A DNA stretch of 64,000 bases, from assembly GCA_964270895.1 (NCBI GenBank), contig OZ185442.1; one strand, written 5' to 3'. The notes under the pieces are model-generated. The model was not told where the DNA came from. It made no database searches and saw only the letters and a program-made list of their open reading frames with translations. Of this stretch, positions 36,766 to 49,782 are shown piece after piece. A program made the translations under genes and the position numbers. How positions within the stretch are numbered: the first letter of the stretch is position 1; every line of letters starts with the position of its first letter. This DNA comes from Podarcis filfolensis. Its lineage: Eukaryota.

Positions 36766-37814
36766 TTCTAAAGCTAGAAGATGAGGGCATTCTGAGCAGG
36801 CTTTTTGGAAGAGAATAGGCAAGCTCATGTGGAAGTTGAGGAGATGGTGAATGGAATGGAGTCTCCTGAAAAGTAGCACTCGTGCTGGAATGTTTTGCTG
36901 CAGGTCACTTGACAGAACCCAGTTTTTCCAGTTGAAGCAAACCCTTTCTAAAATTCAGAGGCCAGTTGGCAACTCAGAAGGGGAGGGGAGGAGAGGGAAG
37001 GGAAGGGGGCGGTCAAAAGTCTGATATAAAATCCTTAATAGAGGCCAAGATTTGAACCGATTCTTTAGAAATTGTATGCATCTACTGGAAGCTCTTGTGA
37101 AGGAAGTGAAATCCCAGATGGAACTGAACTTTCCTGGGTTAACTGCAGCATTATTTTATTTTATTTATTTTTAAAAAATGGAAAGGGCTTTCCAATTTAC
37201 TTCCCATGACTAGTTTGGGTTAATTGTCAAACTATCAGATAACTGAAAGACGCATTTCCATTAAACTGTCTCCTATTCCTCCCTGCCTGCCTGCCCACCC
37301 CCCACCCCCGGTTGTTCCTCTGTAATATATCTAAGCAAACATTTGTTCCACTGATCATTTCTGGGCAAAAGACATGAATCACTAGACTGAAGTAAAAAAA
37401 AACCACAGAGGCAGCTGTTGATCATTAGAAACAGTCAACTTGTTCAAGAAGCCTGCCATCGGAAGGTTTATTCAGGAAACAGCTTTGGCTTGTAATGCTT
37501 TGCAGTGTAATGAAAGCAAAGTGATAGAAATTAGAGCATTCCTCCTTTAAAGCACATTCGTTGGTGAGAATCTCTCTCTCGCTATGCCATTTAACTTAAC
37601 CTTGTTTTATTACAGGCAAGGCATGAAATATTTATTTCTGCCAGCATCCAGGAACAAATAATATTCCCAGGTTTGATACTGAGGAGATCTGGCTACATGG
37701 ACACCAGCCATCAGAGATGCCTGGGGACTGCAGTTTGCTAAGAGTTTTGGGAACCTCAGCTCTGTGAGGGGTAATACAGTTCTCAGGATTTTTTTGGGGG
37801 AGTAAACTTTTTGA

Positions 37815-37930
37815 CTCCCCAGATGGACTACAACTCCCATCATCCCTGGCCATTGTACATGCTGCCAGGGCCTGATGGGAATTGTAGTCCAGCAACATCT
37901 GGAAGTTATCAGGCTCCCTATCCTTGCTAA
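37815..37930. mobile_element. Decayed URR1-like MITE
   Basis: ggactacaactcccatcatccctggcc...gatgggaattgtagtccagcaacatctgga. Confidence 0.8.
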
Positions 37931-39694
37931 ACATGGAACATATATGGAAATATTAACTGAAGTAAATATGAAGGATTAGATGGTAAGGAACAAAGAAGCA
38001 GACAAAGGATATGAAAACCTTAAGTCAAATAAGAGAACCATCCTGTTCCAATTGACCAGCAGCATCACTATGTATCTCATAATAGGAAATGCCCAAAATA
38101 TGTGGAAAATGAGAAGTTCTAATGAAAGAGACAGTTATTAATATTGTGTGATATTGATGTAGGTAGAAGATAATGATTCTCCTCAGCACACATTTAAGTG
38201 CTAATATTTAAGTGCTAATATTTGAAAACCTGCTGCCAAGAATTCAAGCAAATTTCTCAGCGTCGATGTTGATGGGCAATAAAAAGCAGCATTTAAATTA
38301 TATTTAAAGCATAAATGCTATTTTAAAACTATTTATTAACAATTGCTACAATTCATACACTCCCCACCCCCCATTCTCTCCCCACCTCCACCTCATTGCT
38401 GCTTCTTTATAATTTTATTTGTTCATCTTCCACATCAAAGGCCTGGTAGTCTATAGAAAGCAAATTAGGAATGCATTATTTTCAGCGAAAAAAGTCTCAG
38501 TGAGACTCATAATTTTATTTTATTTTTCCTGGCCCGTGGAATAACATAAATCAAAAGGAGGAATGGTCCACCTTCTGTTTTGACTACTTTGACCCTCTTC
38601 AACCCCTGCCAATTTTTATCTCATTTTTGTTTAACTTTGTACATCAGAGTTTAATTTTAAAGCTGGTCCAGAAGACAGTGATGTATAGGTTACATCAAGT
38701 ATAGCTTAAATTACCCTCTCCCCAGTGATTTGAAGATGGGCGGGGGGAGAGGAGGAGGTCCCCATTCCTGCAGCAGGGTAGCAATGCAAAGGAGAAATGG
38801 ACAAAACCTGTCCCTTCAAACGAGCCACCCCAGGCTAGAGGAATATTTCTGCCACACCATCATTTATATATGTGTGTCTCAAAGTATTTTTTGACACACA
38901 TATGTGAAAGCAGAAATATGGGTTGCAATGAAATGATAAATATAGGGAAAGCTGCCCCATAGACTCACATCTGGGGGGCTTTGATTCCAGCAAAACTGTC
39001 AATTCAGTTTGCCCCAATGATGACTTGCGTTTCATGAGTGGTGCTTGCTATTCTGAAGATGGAACATATGCTTAGCAGACTAAAGAGTTGGTTGGGTTTT
39101 TAAAAAATGTTCTTGTCGTACCACTGGATAAATACCATCTTAAAAACTGATAGGGTCGAATCCCAATTGCTTAACTCCCATTATGCAATACTCATCCCAG
39201 GGTATGCACAATCTGAAGTCCTGTGGGTCCACCACCACGGTCAAGCAAAGCAGATCTGGGTCTGTCCAATGTCTGGATGGATGATGACCACATGTTCTCA
39301 GCCTGGACTCCATGATGGAGGAAAGGCAGGATGTGAATGTAAAATAAATCAGTAAATAAATATGCTAACTCCTTTTGAAGGAATAGAGGACAGAATTCAT
39401 AGCCATGGTGATGGCATCTAGCCTGTTTAACAATTGTTGTTGTTGCTGCTACATTTATTTATATCCCACCTTTCCCCCAGATCAGGACTCAAAGTGGCTT
39501 GCAGAAATTAAAACGACACAGATAAAATCCAAAAGAAATGAAAACAATAAAATACAAAAAGTAGATCATGCACATCTAAGATGAACAATCTCAACCATAC
39601 GTTGATTGAAACCCAGCCAGTTAAATGCATAAGTTTTCCACATTTCTTGTTTCCACCTTGCATGTTGGCTTCAAAAGGATAGGGTGGTTCCAAG

Positions 39695-39932
39695 AGCCAG
39701 TGTGGTGTAGTGGTTAAGACTCATAATCTGGTGAACTGGGTTCGTGTCTCCTCTCCTCCACATGCAGCTGCTGGGTGACCTTGGGCTAGTCACACTTCTC
39801 TGAAGTCTCTCAGCCCCACTCACCTCACAGAGTGTTTGTTGTGGGGGAGGAAGGGAAAGGAGAATGTTAGCCGCTTTGAGACTCCTTCAGGTAGTGATAA
39901 AGCGGGATATCAAATCCAAACTCTTCTTCTTC
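39695..39932 (+). mobile_element. Squam3-type SINE
   Basis: agccagtgtggtgtagtggttaag head, gggttcg B-box, (CTT)n tail; TSD ttccaag at 39688-94 and 39933-39. Confidence 0.93.
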
Positions 39933-40393
39933 TTCCAAGGGGAAAGTTTGAGTACACATGCTTTCATGTAGATGCAGAGACCTTGGAACTAAACCCCTGC
40001 ACAAAATGTGACTGTTCTGTTATAATAGCAAAAAAAACTCACCACCACACCCTGATCCCCAGAATCTGCAGCCCCAGGAAGTCAGCTCACGTTGCTTAAC
40101 AGTAGGGCCGGCCCCAGCCAGGCTTCAAAAGAAAGTTACCAGCACCTTGCTTTATATGTGTTCTGCCTAGCACAGGGCAATATGCCCAACTGAAGCCGGA
40201 ACCTGGGCCTGAGGATCATGGAGAAATGAAGGCAGAGTGCAGAGGAAGCAGAAGAAAAGTGTGTGCTGCCAGGGATTCTTTAGCTGTGATTCCTGCATTG
40301 CAGGGGGTTGGACTACATGACTTTTGGATCCCTTCTATATCTATAATCCTATGATACAAAATAAGAAAGAGGAAGATGTGAAAGATGGAACTA

Positions 40394-40619
40394 CAGTGGT
40401 ACCTCGGGTTAAGTACTTAATTCATTCTGGAGGTCCGTTCTTAACCTGAAACTGTTCTTAACCTGAAGTACCACTTTAGCTAATGGGGCCTCCCGCTGCC
40501 GCCGTGCCGCCGGAGCACGATTTCTGTTCTCATCCTGAAGCAAAGTTCTTAACCCGAGGTACTATTTCTGGGTTAGTGGAGTCTGTAACCTGAAGCGTAT
40601 GTAACCCAAGGTACCACTG
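40394..40619. mobile_element. Tc1/mariner (Tigger-like) MITE
   Basis: TA TSDs; TIR cagtggtacctcgggtta / taacccaaggtaccactg. Confidence 0.93.
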
Positions 40620-40773
40620 TATAAAGAAAATTAGTTGTATACTTGGTGAGGATTCAGAATGGGTTCCCTGTTAAAGGTGGTTTATATTATTAGTTTTCTT
40701 TTTTCCTTTTAATAGTTTGTGCCTTTGTGTTTTTTAAAAAACTCTTGTTGTGAGCCTTCAACTGAAGCAGGAC

Positions 40774-41032
40774 CAGGACTTGCCCTGCCATTAGGCAGAG
40801 GGAGGAGGCTGCCTCGGGCAGCAGACAATGGGAGGCAGGGAATGGGAGGGAGGTGGTGGAGGAGAGAACTGCAGGTGCCGTACATGCTGCCCTCGGGTGT
40901 GCTGGAGGATGCCATCCCATTGCCAGTGCTTAAAAAAGATTCATCTGCCCATAGAAAAAGTATGATTCTGCTGCTCATTTGGTCACCTTCCATCTGTCGC
41001 CTCAGTGAGCAAAATGTCATGGACCAGCTCTG
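40774..41032. mobile_element. Old non-autonomous DNA element (cagggccggc-type termini)
   Basis: gccctgccattaggcagag at the left and cgcctcagtgagcaaaatgtc at the right; opposite-orientation relative at 49552-49782. Confidence 0.55.
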
Positions 41033-41059
41033 GGCAGGAAAGTGGTAAATATAAAAATA

Positions 41060-41260
41060 CAGTTCCTCAGGTTACAGATGCTTCAGGTTACAGACGCTTC
41101 AGGTTACAGACTCCGCTAACCCAGAAATAGTACCTCGGGTTAAGAACTTTGCGGTGGCAGTGGGAGGCCCCATTAGCTAAAGTGGTACCTCAGGTTAAGA
41201 ACAGTTTCAGGTTAAGAACGGACCTCCAGAATGAATTAAGTTCTTAACCTGAGGTAGCAC

Positions 41261-41262
<2 letters not shown>
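41060..41262. mobile_element. Tc1/mariner MITE, inverted relative to 40394-40619
   Basis: ggttacagactccgctaacccagaaatagtacctcgggttaagaactttgc...taacctgaggtagcactg is the reverse complement of 40394-40619. Confidence 0.9.
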
Positions 41263-41306
<44 letters not shown>

Positions 41307-41329
41307 CATGCTGCTGTTGTTGCAGCCCA

Positions 41330-41635
41330 CAAGCTAAGAGGCAGTGGTGTGCACCAACTTGGATGGCTTTAAAATAAGGATTAGACCAATTCATGGAGGA
41401 GAAGGCGATCAGTGACTACCAGCCACAGTGGTTAAGCTCTGCCTCTACAGTTGGACGCAGCAATGCTTCTGAATACGAGTTGCTGAAACCTCAGGAGGGG
41501 AGAGGCCTCTTGTGCTCGGGTCCCTTCTTATAGTTTTCCCACAGGACTCTGGTTGCCCACTGTGAGAACAAGATGCTGGGCTAGATGGGCCATTGGCCTG
41601 ATCTGGCAGGACTCTTCTTATGTCCTTATGTTCGC
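41330..41635 (+). mobile_element. CR1 3' end (long-3'UTR family)
   Basis: ccaacttggatggctttaaa...ctagatgggccattggcctgatc...cttcttatgtccttatgttc. Confidence 0.9.
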
Positions 41636-42811
41636 CTTAGGTCAAAAGAACTGCTCTCCTATTGTCTACAACTCAAAGTTTAGCACAGGGCCATTAAAAG
41701 GAGGAAACAGAAAATGATGGAGGGAGACATAGCAGAGTGCGGGTAAGCTTAAGGAATCCTCCCAGGGACCATTCACTGCTTATGAGCCCTCTGCTTATGA
41801 GCTAGCACAGAAAACCCCAGTCTGATCTGCAGCTCTGAAAATCCCTCTTTTCCAATTATACGCCGCAGGGCTATGCATGCATTTTGATGGAGTCAGCCAA
41901 AAACCACAAGGAGAGCCCTGCAGCAGCAGACCACAAAATGGGATTGGCACTTGTGTCTCCTAGGAGTTGAAGTTTCAGAGCTCCTTTATCACGTGACCTG
42001 CTGACCTGAAGATAGCAAAACTGACCCCGTCTGCATGGAGGAGTCTATTGCTAAGATTCCCCAGGGAGCACCCACCAGCTGCAAACTGATCCAGCGATTA
42101 ACCCTTGTGTGCTGCGGATGTAACGCGGGAGTCACAGCAATAAAGCTTTCTCTGCATAACAGATCCTGCGTTTGTAAATTGTTGCTCTTATCAGCTACGT
42201 ACACTCGAGGATGTGATTCCTTTCTTCTGGGTGAAACCAAACTGCCAAGCTGCTCTTAGGAGCGGAGTCTAAATCTACAAAGGAAGGGATATTTATTCAC
42301 TGGTTTCTGAGGGATGATGGAAAGGGAAATCTCTTTAAAGGCAACTTACTTTTCAATTGCCGTCTTCACTGTATACTACACACCCGACAGAACTGGCAAC
42401 ATGGTTACAAGAAGGGAAGCAAATAATTTGTGAAGTTGCCACAAAATGTTCCCTGTAAGAAAAATCTGAGGCTAATTTAGGATGTCTTACTCGGGCAAAA
42501 AAACAATAATAGCAACAAACAACAATAAGCTGCGGAAGTTGAATAGCACATTAAAAGTTTATTGTCATTTGTTTGTATTCCCATACATTGAGATCTTCTG
42601 CCTTTAATTGCCGCAGAAGTCAATCAGATTCACATTTGGACATCTTTGGGGGCAGTGAATGAGCAATAAGGGTTTTCATTGACTATTTTTTTTATTAAAA
42701 AATTAAAATATGATGGTAGAATTCTGGTTGTGTGTTTCTAAGGCTCGGTTAACACCTTGGAATTGTGGTTTTGTAGCCACTTAAAAGCAGGAGTGTGCTG
42801 CTGTAATCTGA

Positions 42812-43485
42812 GGCCCCATCTGCATCATCGATTTAAACCACTATGAGAACACTTTAAAGCGGAGGTTTTCAACCTTTTTGAGTCCATGGCTCCCCTAACC
42901 AACTACATTCTTTCTGAGGCACCCCTGTGGGGCTTATGAGCCCAGTTATGTCGCCCCTTGCCTGCAGAGCTGGCAGCATCTCACCCCTTTTTGAACACAG
43001 CACCCCTGACCATCATTCAAGGCACCCCAGGGTGCCACGGCACACTGGTTGAAAACCACTGATTTAAACAGTTATGGCTTCCCTCAGAGAATGCTGGGAA
43101 AGGTAGTTTATTAAGGGTAGTTTGTTCAGGGTGCTGAGAGTTGTTAGAAAACCCGTATTCCCCTCACAGAGCAACAGTTCCCAGAACAGATTAACTATCT
43201 AGCCCTCTTCCCAGGAGGCTCTGTGAGGAGAAGACAGGCCTCCTATAACAACTGTCAGCACTCTGAACAAACTAGAGCTCCCAGAATATTTTGGGTGGGG
43301 AGCCATGTCTGTTTAAAGGGGGCTCATTGTGCTTTAACCAATGTCCCCACTCCTGGAAGGATGTGTGGATCCAGAATTGGCCTCTACAGTCACTTACTGG
43401 CTCATTGTTAAAACCGTGTTTATGGAAGACAATCTTACTCTCCAAAGAAGAATTAGAAGAAGACATGTATAGTGCAGATGGAGCC
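42812..43485. mobile_element. Palindromic PIF/Harbinger-like MITE
   Basis: TIRs ggccccatctgca / tgcagatggagcc; flanks tga / taa; internal inverted arms (cccctcacagagc / gctctgtgagg; ctgagagttgtta / taacaactgtcag). Confidence 0.75.
42860..43061. mobile_element. hAT MITE nested in the Harbinger-like MITE
   Basis: TIRs cggaggttttcaacc / ggttgaaaaccactg; TSD ctttaaag / atttaaac (6 of 8). Confidence 0.82.
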
Positions 43486-45241
43486 TAAGATTCCAAGCAG
43501 TGCTGCCATTTTTTCACCTTCTGCTTCCATTCTAAAGGCAGCAGGGATCTGAGGAGAATCCCGACAGTGAGGAGAAGAAGAGGAGAAAGGTTTTGAGATG
43601 GTGCAAGGAGGAAGGAAGGCCTTCTGTGGGGATGGCCCCAAACCAAACTGATTTCCCTTCAGAATCTGGATTTTCCCAGGCCAGCAGTTTTTGAAGACTG
43701 CCTCATCTTCGCTCTCAGCTCCTGGATGCCCTCTCTCCTCTCTCTAACATATTTCCAGGACACGTCTCACCTTGCCCTGAGGGGAGAACACAGCAACAAT
43801 TCAGTGAAATTATCTCAAATGAGGGGATATTTTCCCCCTCGTTCTCTCTCCTGTGGGCTTTCTGTGGAAAAAGAGCATTTAGCTTGTTAACGACCATTAA
43901 TATGTACCATCATATATTAGGGGGAGTTAATACGCAAAGGAGAAGACTCAACCTTTCAGTTCATTAAATAAAACAAATTTTCAAAACCGTCTATTTACGA
44001 TAGTTGGGGAACTGTGAGGAAGAGCTGAAGGCGGCAGCGCCTGCTTCGCCAATTTGAAGACAAGATGGGAAATCCTTGGAGGAGAAACATTTGCATGTTT
44101 GGAAGATGCACATTTTGGACACAGATACATCCAGGATGCCACTGATCCTTTCAAGGAACCACTTTCAAGATATATTTTCCTTTTATAAGATACCCCCCTT
44201 TTAAAATCCCACCAGGGACCTTCTTATAAATGAGGAACTACATCTCCTGGGATTGGACCAAGCTGGAAAAGTATGTTATTAAAAAAAAAAAATACATAGC
44301 AGAATGCAGAGCAATATAATTAGCCCATTTCTTTTATTTTTTTGTTATCTTTTAAAAATGTATAGCCAAATTTTAATTAAGCATATTCTCTGGATGTTTG
44401 AACTGTGCAAGAATAAGGAAAGATAGTCTTGCTGTATTTCCAAGGGATTAATTGTATCAATTTAAGTCTCCTTTTCTGATCTCTCTTATTGCAGCTGCTT
44501 GTCTTCCAGAAGTATCCACGACACCTTGTGTGAGATGCAGAGTGGTGTGTGTGTGTGTGTGTGTGCACATCTGTATCTGGGATCAAAATCCACAGCTTCG
44601 AGGTGCATTCTTATCATTACAGGAAAGAATTTACACAGGCAATTGCAAAATTCTGTTTGATGCTAATCTTTGTGCATGGAAATCAGTATAGGCCTTCCAT
44701 CCCCAAAGCCCCTGATCTATTACGTTATTAGCATCATTGTGGTTCCTATTTGTTAAACTTTCATTTGGAATGCATAAGGAAATGAATGTATATCTATATA
44801 TATCCTACTTGCAAAGTAACATCTCCTTGCTACTTCAATTCAATATCTCTGCAACAACGGGGCAGGTCCAAATAAACATGATTCCAAGACAGCGCTCATT
44901 GACCTGCCCAGTTCCCGAACTTTACAAAAAGAAAACATTTTGATTAGGTCACCGTTTTAAAAAGCCATCTAATAAAGGGCTTCTATAGCAGGCATGTCAA
45001 TCCAGTAAGCATTTAAAACAAAAAACCCAGTCCAGCTTTTCTTGACCTAGTTCTCACTACGGCAATAAGCCTGTGTCTGGGTTGCACCATTCGAGACTGC
45101 AGGCAGGGACAGACATGTTGCTTGCTCCTAAGATTCTCTACACATAGAGAAAAAATGGTGGAAGAGAGAAGGCTAGGCTTACAGCTGAAACAGAAACAGC
45201 TAAAAACATAGCACACATGGGGGAAGCAATAATTTTAAAAC

Positions 45242-45280
<39 letters not shown>

Positions 45281-45284
45281 ACAC

Positions 45285-45400
45285 AAGGTGCCAGAACTCA
45301 CCATGAATGCCTCCCTTGTTCTCTTATAATGGCAATGGCACCCACCTGAGAGGTGCTGGAACTGAGTTCTGGCGAGTTCTGGCTGGGGGAAAAAGCCCTG
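45285..45400. mobile_element. hAT MITE fragment, same family as 1868-1994
   Basis: aggtgccagaactcaccatgaatgcctcccttgttctcttataatg...aaaaagccctg; left end lost next to an (AAT)n tract. Confidence 0.85.
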
Positions 45401-45569
45401 CACACAGATATGATCTATTAAAACATCCAGATCATTACAGTAAAAACATTGCAGCGCTAGCCCTTTCCTTAGAAACCGTCAGTTTCCAAAAACCTATTGG
45501 AACAAGACAGTCTTTTATTGGGAAGATGGTGATAATCAATCTTATGTATCAAATTTATGGAAAATCTTT

Positions 45570-45815
45570 AAATAAAGTGGTTTTTTTTAAGGAACAAGAA
45601 AGTCTCCACCTACTAGTGGAAGGAGAACAAGGGTTGGGAGGAGCCTTGTTCTTTCTGAAAAGGGAATTCCAAAGCCTGGGAGCAGCCACTGAGAAGGCTT
45701 TCTCCTGCTTCCCTACCAAGTGTGCCTGTGAGGGTAACAGGATCAAGAAAAGAGCTTCCCACTAAGCTCTCAGAGCCTGGGCAGCTTCATGTGAGGGAAT
45801 ACAGTTCTTCAGGTG
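45570..45815 (-). mobile_element. L2 3' fragment
   Basis: Minus-strand translation EKAFSVAAPRLWNSL. Confidence 0.82.
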
Positions 45816-45999
45816 CTGGGTCTTTCCATTTTTTAATGGAGGCGCATCCAATCCTGTCAGACCCACTTGCCACCTGGAGCATCACCACCAACATTTTTGC
45901 AGACAAACACAGAGGTGTGTTTGTAACCTACCTCTCGTAGCTAAAGAGGAGTGCTTGATCTCTCCTACACTCACACACTGAACCCTTGTTCCTTGCATG

Positions 46000-46095
46000 G
46001 TTCTCTGCCAGCCCTCCCTGGAGAAGCTTCTGGGCATTGAACCTGGGACCTTCTGCCTGCAAAGCAGGTGTCCAGCCACTGAGCTACAGTCCTCT
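46000..46095 (-). mobile_element. tRNA-derived SINE head (Squam2-like)
   Basis: gggcattgaacctgggaccttctgcctgcaaagc...ccactgagctaca. Similar decayed heads at about 4415-4485, 9640-9730, 36310-36390 and 47330-47420. Confidence 0.7.
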
Positions 46096-46301
46096 CCTAT
46101 CTTACCACTTTACCCGGAGCTTTAAGGAGTGACATATTGCATGAGTGACCCAGAACCCAGTGACTTCCCTGCAATCACCTTTGAAAAATGATGTGATGCC
46201 CTTCCGCATGCAACTTCTGGTGCCAAAGGGCTGGCTCAAGAAAGTTTGGGGCAAAAGGGAGATGGCGCCCCCCCCCCAAACCATTTCAAGGAATATCAAC
46301 T

Positions 46302-46460
46302 AAGCCAGTGTGGTATAGTGGTTACAGTGTTGGACAAAGACCAGCAGACCAGTGTTCAAATCCCCACTTGGCCATGAAGCTCAATACTGAGTGCGACCTT
46401 GGGCCAGTCACTGCCTCTCAGCCTAACCTACCTCACAGGGTTGTTGTTGTGGAAATGTTC
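46302..46460 (+). mobile_element. Old Squam3/MIR-like SINE
   Basis: agccagtgtggtatagtggtta...ttcaaatcccc...ctctcagcctaacctacctcacagggttgttg. Confidence 0.8.
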
Positions 46461-48749
46461 AGGGATGCACGAGAGGATATATTGTTTGATTATAGCCTTT
46501 CCAACTTGTGTAAACAAGTTCACAATTTAGCAGAGTAACATTCCCCTTTTTAAACTCACAGCGGATGCGTTTGCTCAGGCTCGCTAAAGCCTCTATAATA
46601 TCTGTTCTGGTATTTTCCCCTTATTCCCTCATAAAAGATAAGACACGACACAGTCTTCTATAAAAATATAAAAAGAGTTTACTCACATTCTGTTCACAAT
46701 CAGATCCCAGAAGGCAGACTTAGCTTAGAAAAGTAACATACACCTGGAAACTATCTCATAAGGAGACAGTCCCTTTGTCCTCTCTTGGCTGGAGGCCAAG
46801 AGAGCATCTTTGGCTAAACAGATTTTGCTTCTTCGATGCATGTAGTCATAGAGAGAGAGATGGCTGCCATGCCCTGTGCTTTTGTCATTACCTGCACAGG
46901 TGAGGCCACACCGACCTCTAGTCACATGCAGAGGAAGTCTGTCCCTGTCCAGAAGGAAACAGGAAGTTTAGCTGCTGGCTGGACAAACATCCCTCCCCAT
47001 GTGTAAACATGTTCACTCTAGGAATGTTGTTCTTGACTGCTCCTGTGTTTTACATCCCACAGTTGTGGGGGCTGAATGATGAGGGATGAACCATGTATGT
47101 CACCTTGATCTCCTTGGAGAAAATGGTGGATGGTAAAATGTATTTATCTCTTATTTATTACATCTATTTCAGCAGTGGCAGCAGGCAACATGGCCCACTC
47201 AGCTCTGTCCCTCAGCCTTTTGTTGTTCCTCCCTGACCCCTAGCATCGGCTGCCTGAGGTGGATTTTTGTGACTCAAGATAGGGTCATCACTGCACTGGA
47301 ACCCTAATCCTATCCTGACTGGCAGTAGAATTCCTGGATTTCAGGCAGGGTCCTCTCCTAGTTGAACCTGGGGCCTTCTGCCAGCAAAGCGTATGCTCTG
47401 CCACTGAGCTTCAGGGCTTCAGTTCCCCACTGAGAGATTTACCCTTTAGAACCCTAAGGAGGGAGCAAAACCCTGAAAAATGACAGCTCACAGTTTCAAA
47501 ATTGAGCAAGACATCCACCAGAAGGCAAAAAATGAAAATTTAAAAAGCAAGGAATGGTGACTTATCAGGGACACTTGGAGCACAGAACCCAGTCCCAGAT
47601 TTACCACCCATTGAGAAGTAAACCTAAATGAAAGCACCTGGAGCAGGTCTTGATTTGACAATTGTGGGGTGCGTGTGTGTGTGTAGGGGAGGGTGCAGAG
47701 ACAGCTCCTGTGGAAATTAAAAAGCAAAGCAAAAGCCGAAAGAGTGAGGCCGAAACTCCATAGCTATTGGAACAATTACAGAGCACACGCATCCCTTCTG
47801 AACAAATCGACCTTTTCCTTTTCATCAGGTTGCAAAACACTAAAGGTTAAGGAATGTTTGAAAGGAAGCTAATGCTTTTTAAAATGGGGAGGGGAGGTAG
47901 ATTTATTCAAGACTCAAGCAAACTTTGTGAGGAACCGTAAGGCACTAAACACATAAATTCCCCGCTTCCAATAAAAAAGAAAAGAAGGTGAATATGAACA
48001 GGCACATGCAATCTGTACATGCAATGTTTTTGTTTTTTGTTTTTTTTATTGGAAGGATGAATGAATGTTATGAATGAGTGTTGCTTCCAGGACGACATGA
48101 AGTTTGAAAAGAATAAATAGCCAACGAGAGGCACCTGCCCCAATGCTGGTTAATTGCAATTTTTAAGCCACATTTCTTTGTCTCTAGTGTACGGGGATGA
48201 CATGAGTACAAGGAGAGCAGATCAATGATGGTGTCAGATTTTCTTACTTTCCACGTTGCGTTTGACCTGGATGGCACGAACGGTAGTCACAACTAACGGG
48301 GAAAATGAAACCGCCTGTCCTGCTTTTATCACCCTAATGAGCACAAACAAAAATATGTAGAGAAATGCTTTCCCCAAAGTTCTCGAGGTTACTGCTCCAA
48401 TCCTTCAGCTGTCCCTGAGCGAGCAGGGACAAATGTCAATTGGTACACCACGCAAAGGATTTGTGGGACAATTCAATCTTTACCCTAAAAAAGAAAGAAA
48501 GAAAAGAAATTGTGTGCAATAACAACAGCTGCAACTATAATAGCCTTAGTGACAATCATCGGAAATTAAAGAGAGAATAGGAACATAAGACATAAAACTA
48601 CAGCATCTTAAAGACTTAACCATTAATGAACTCTGTTTTGTGGCTTTTGTAGGCTGGAGTCCACATCACTGGATGGAAGTCTGCAAAAGCTTCTGCAAAC
48701 ATGGAATCTTGTCAGTCTTTCAGGCGACCCAAGACCATTTTGCGTTTGA

Positions 48750-49131
48750 TAGGGATGGGGGAGAATTTCAATTCACATCGCATTTAAAGGTGGGTCTAAC
48801 TTATCCACACTTTTTGAAACCATATAAGACAATATAAGAGACATAGCAGGCCTTCAAAATTTGCACTGCTCTGGATTTTGCAATGCAATTCTCTGATCAA
48901 GTAATGTGCTAAGAAATGTGTATAGGTGGAAACAACACACAGGAAAAATTAGAGATAATTGCTTTGCGAAAATGTGCATATTAGGCAAAAATGCACAAGG
49001 ACACACTAGTGAATCTTCATGAGCAAAAACAAAAAAACTTCAAATAGATGTAGAAGTGTGGATAATCGAATTTAAGATTGAGAAAATGACAAAGAGGGAG
49101 AAACAGAAATTGACAGATTTGCCCATCCCTA
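48750..49131. mobile_element. Non-autonomous hAT-like element (tagggatgg termini)
   Basis: TIRs tagggatggg / cccatcccta; 8-bp flanks gcgtttga / gtgcctga (5 of 8, all differences are transitions). Confidence 0.75.
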
Positions 49132-49551
49132 GTGCCTGATGGAACAAAAACAGCTGCCCCTCTGAAATAAGGACATAATCCCAGTCTGACAAAAGGTCCA
49201 TTTTGTGCAGTATCCTATTTTAAGAAGTGGGCTCCAGACACTTCTGGAAGCCCATGATCAAGGAGCTTGAGTTTAGTGTTCTTGCAAACTATTCCATCTA
49301 AACATGATCAGCTTCCTTCTAAACCTTCTGTGAACAGTCATTGCCCTCAACCACAGCCAGGGTGGTATTGTACAGAAGATGCTGAACCAGGAGGGCCTGG
49401 TTCAAATGTCCCATCCTACAGCTCCATAAGTGACCACAGGCAAAGCAGTATTTCTCAGCTAACAATTCTACCATCTCATTCTGTGGCACATGTAGACCGG
49501 GCATTGGTGTTCTTCAAAATGTGCCTTCGTCCCGTCCCCCTCATGTATGGT

Positions 49552-49782
49552 CAGGGCAGGTCCAACACATTTTGCTGCCTGAAGCAGAATGTTAACACCT
49601 CTCCCTCCTCCAATTCAAGGTGTGTAGTACTTGAGGAGGGCCAAGTTAAAATCCCGCAATCACCTCTTATTGTTGTATTGTCACTTACACTAACAAAGAT
49701 ACCTTTGCTGTCCCTTCTTGACATCCAAAACAAGCTGTCTGAGGAACTCACTACACTCTGCCTAATGGTAGGGGCAGCTGTG
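49552..49782. mobile_element. Old non-autonomous DNA element (cagggccggc-type termini)
   Basis: cagggcaggtccaacacattttgctgcctgaagc...cactctgcctaatggtaggggcagctgtg. Confidence 0.55.
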
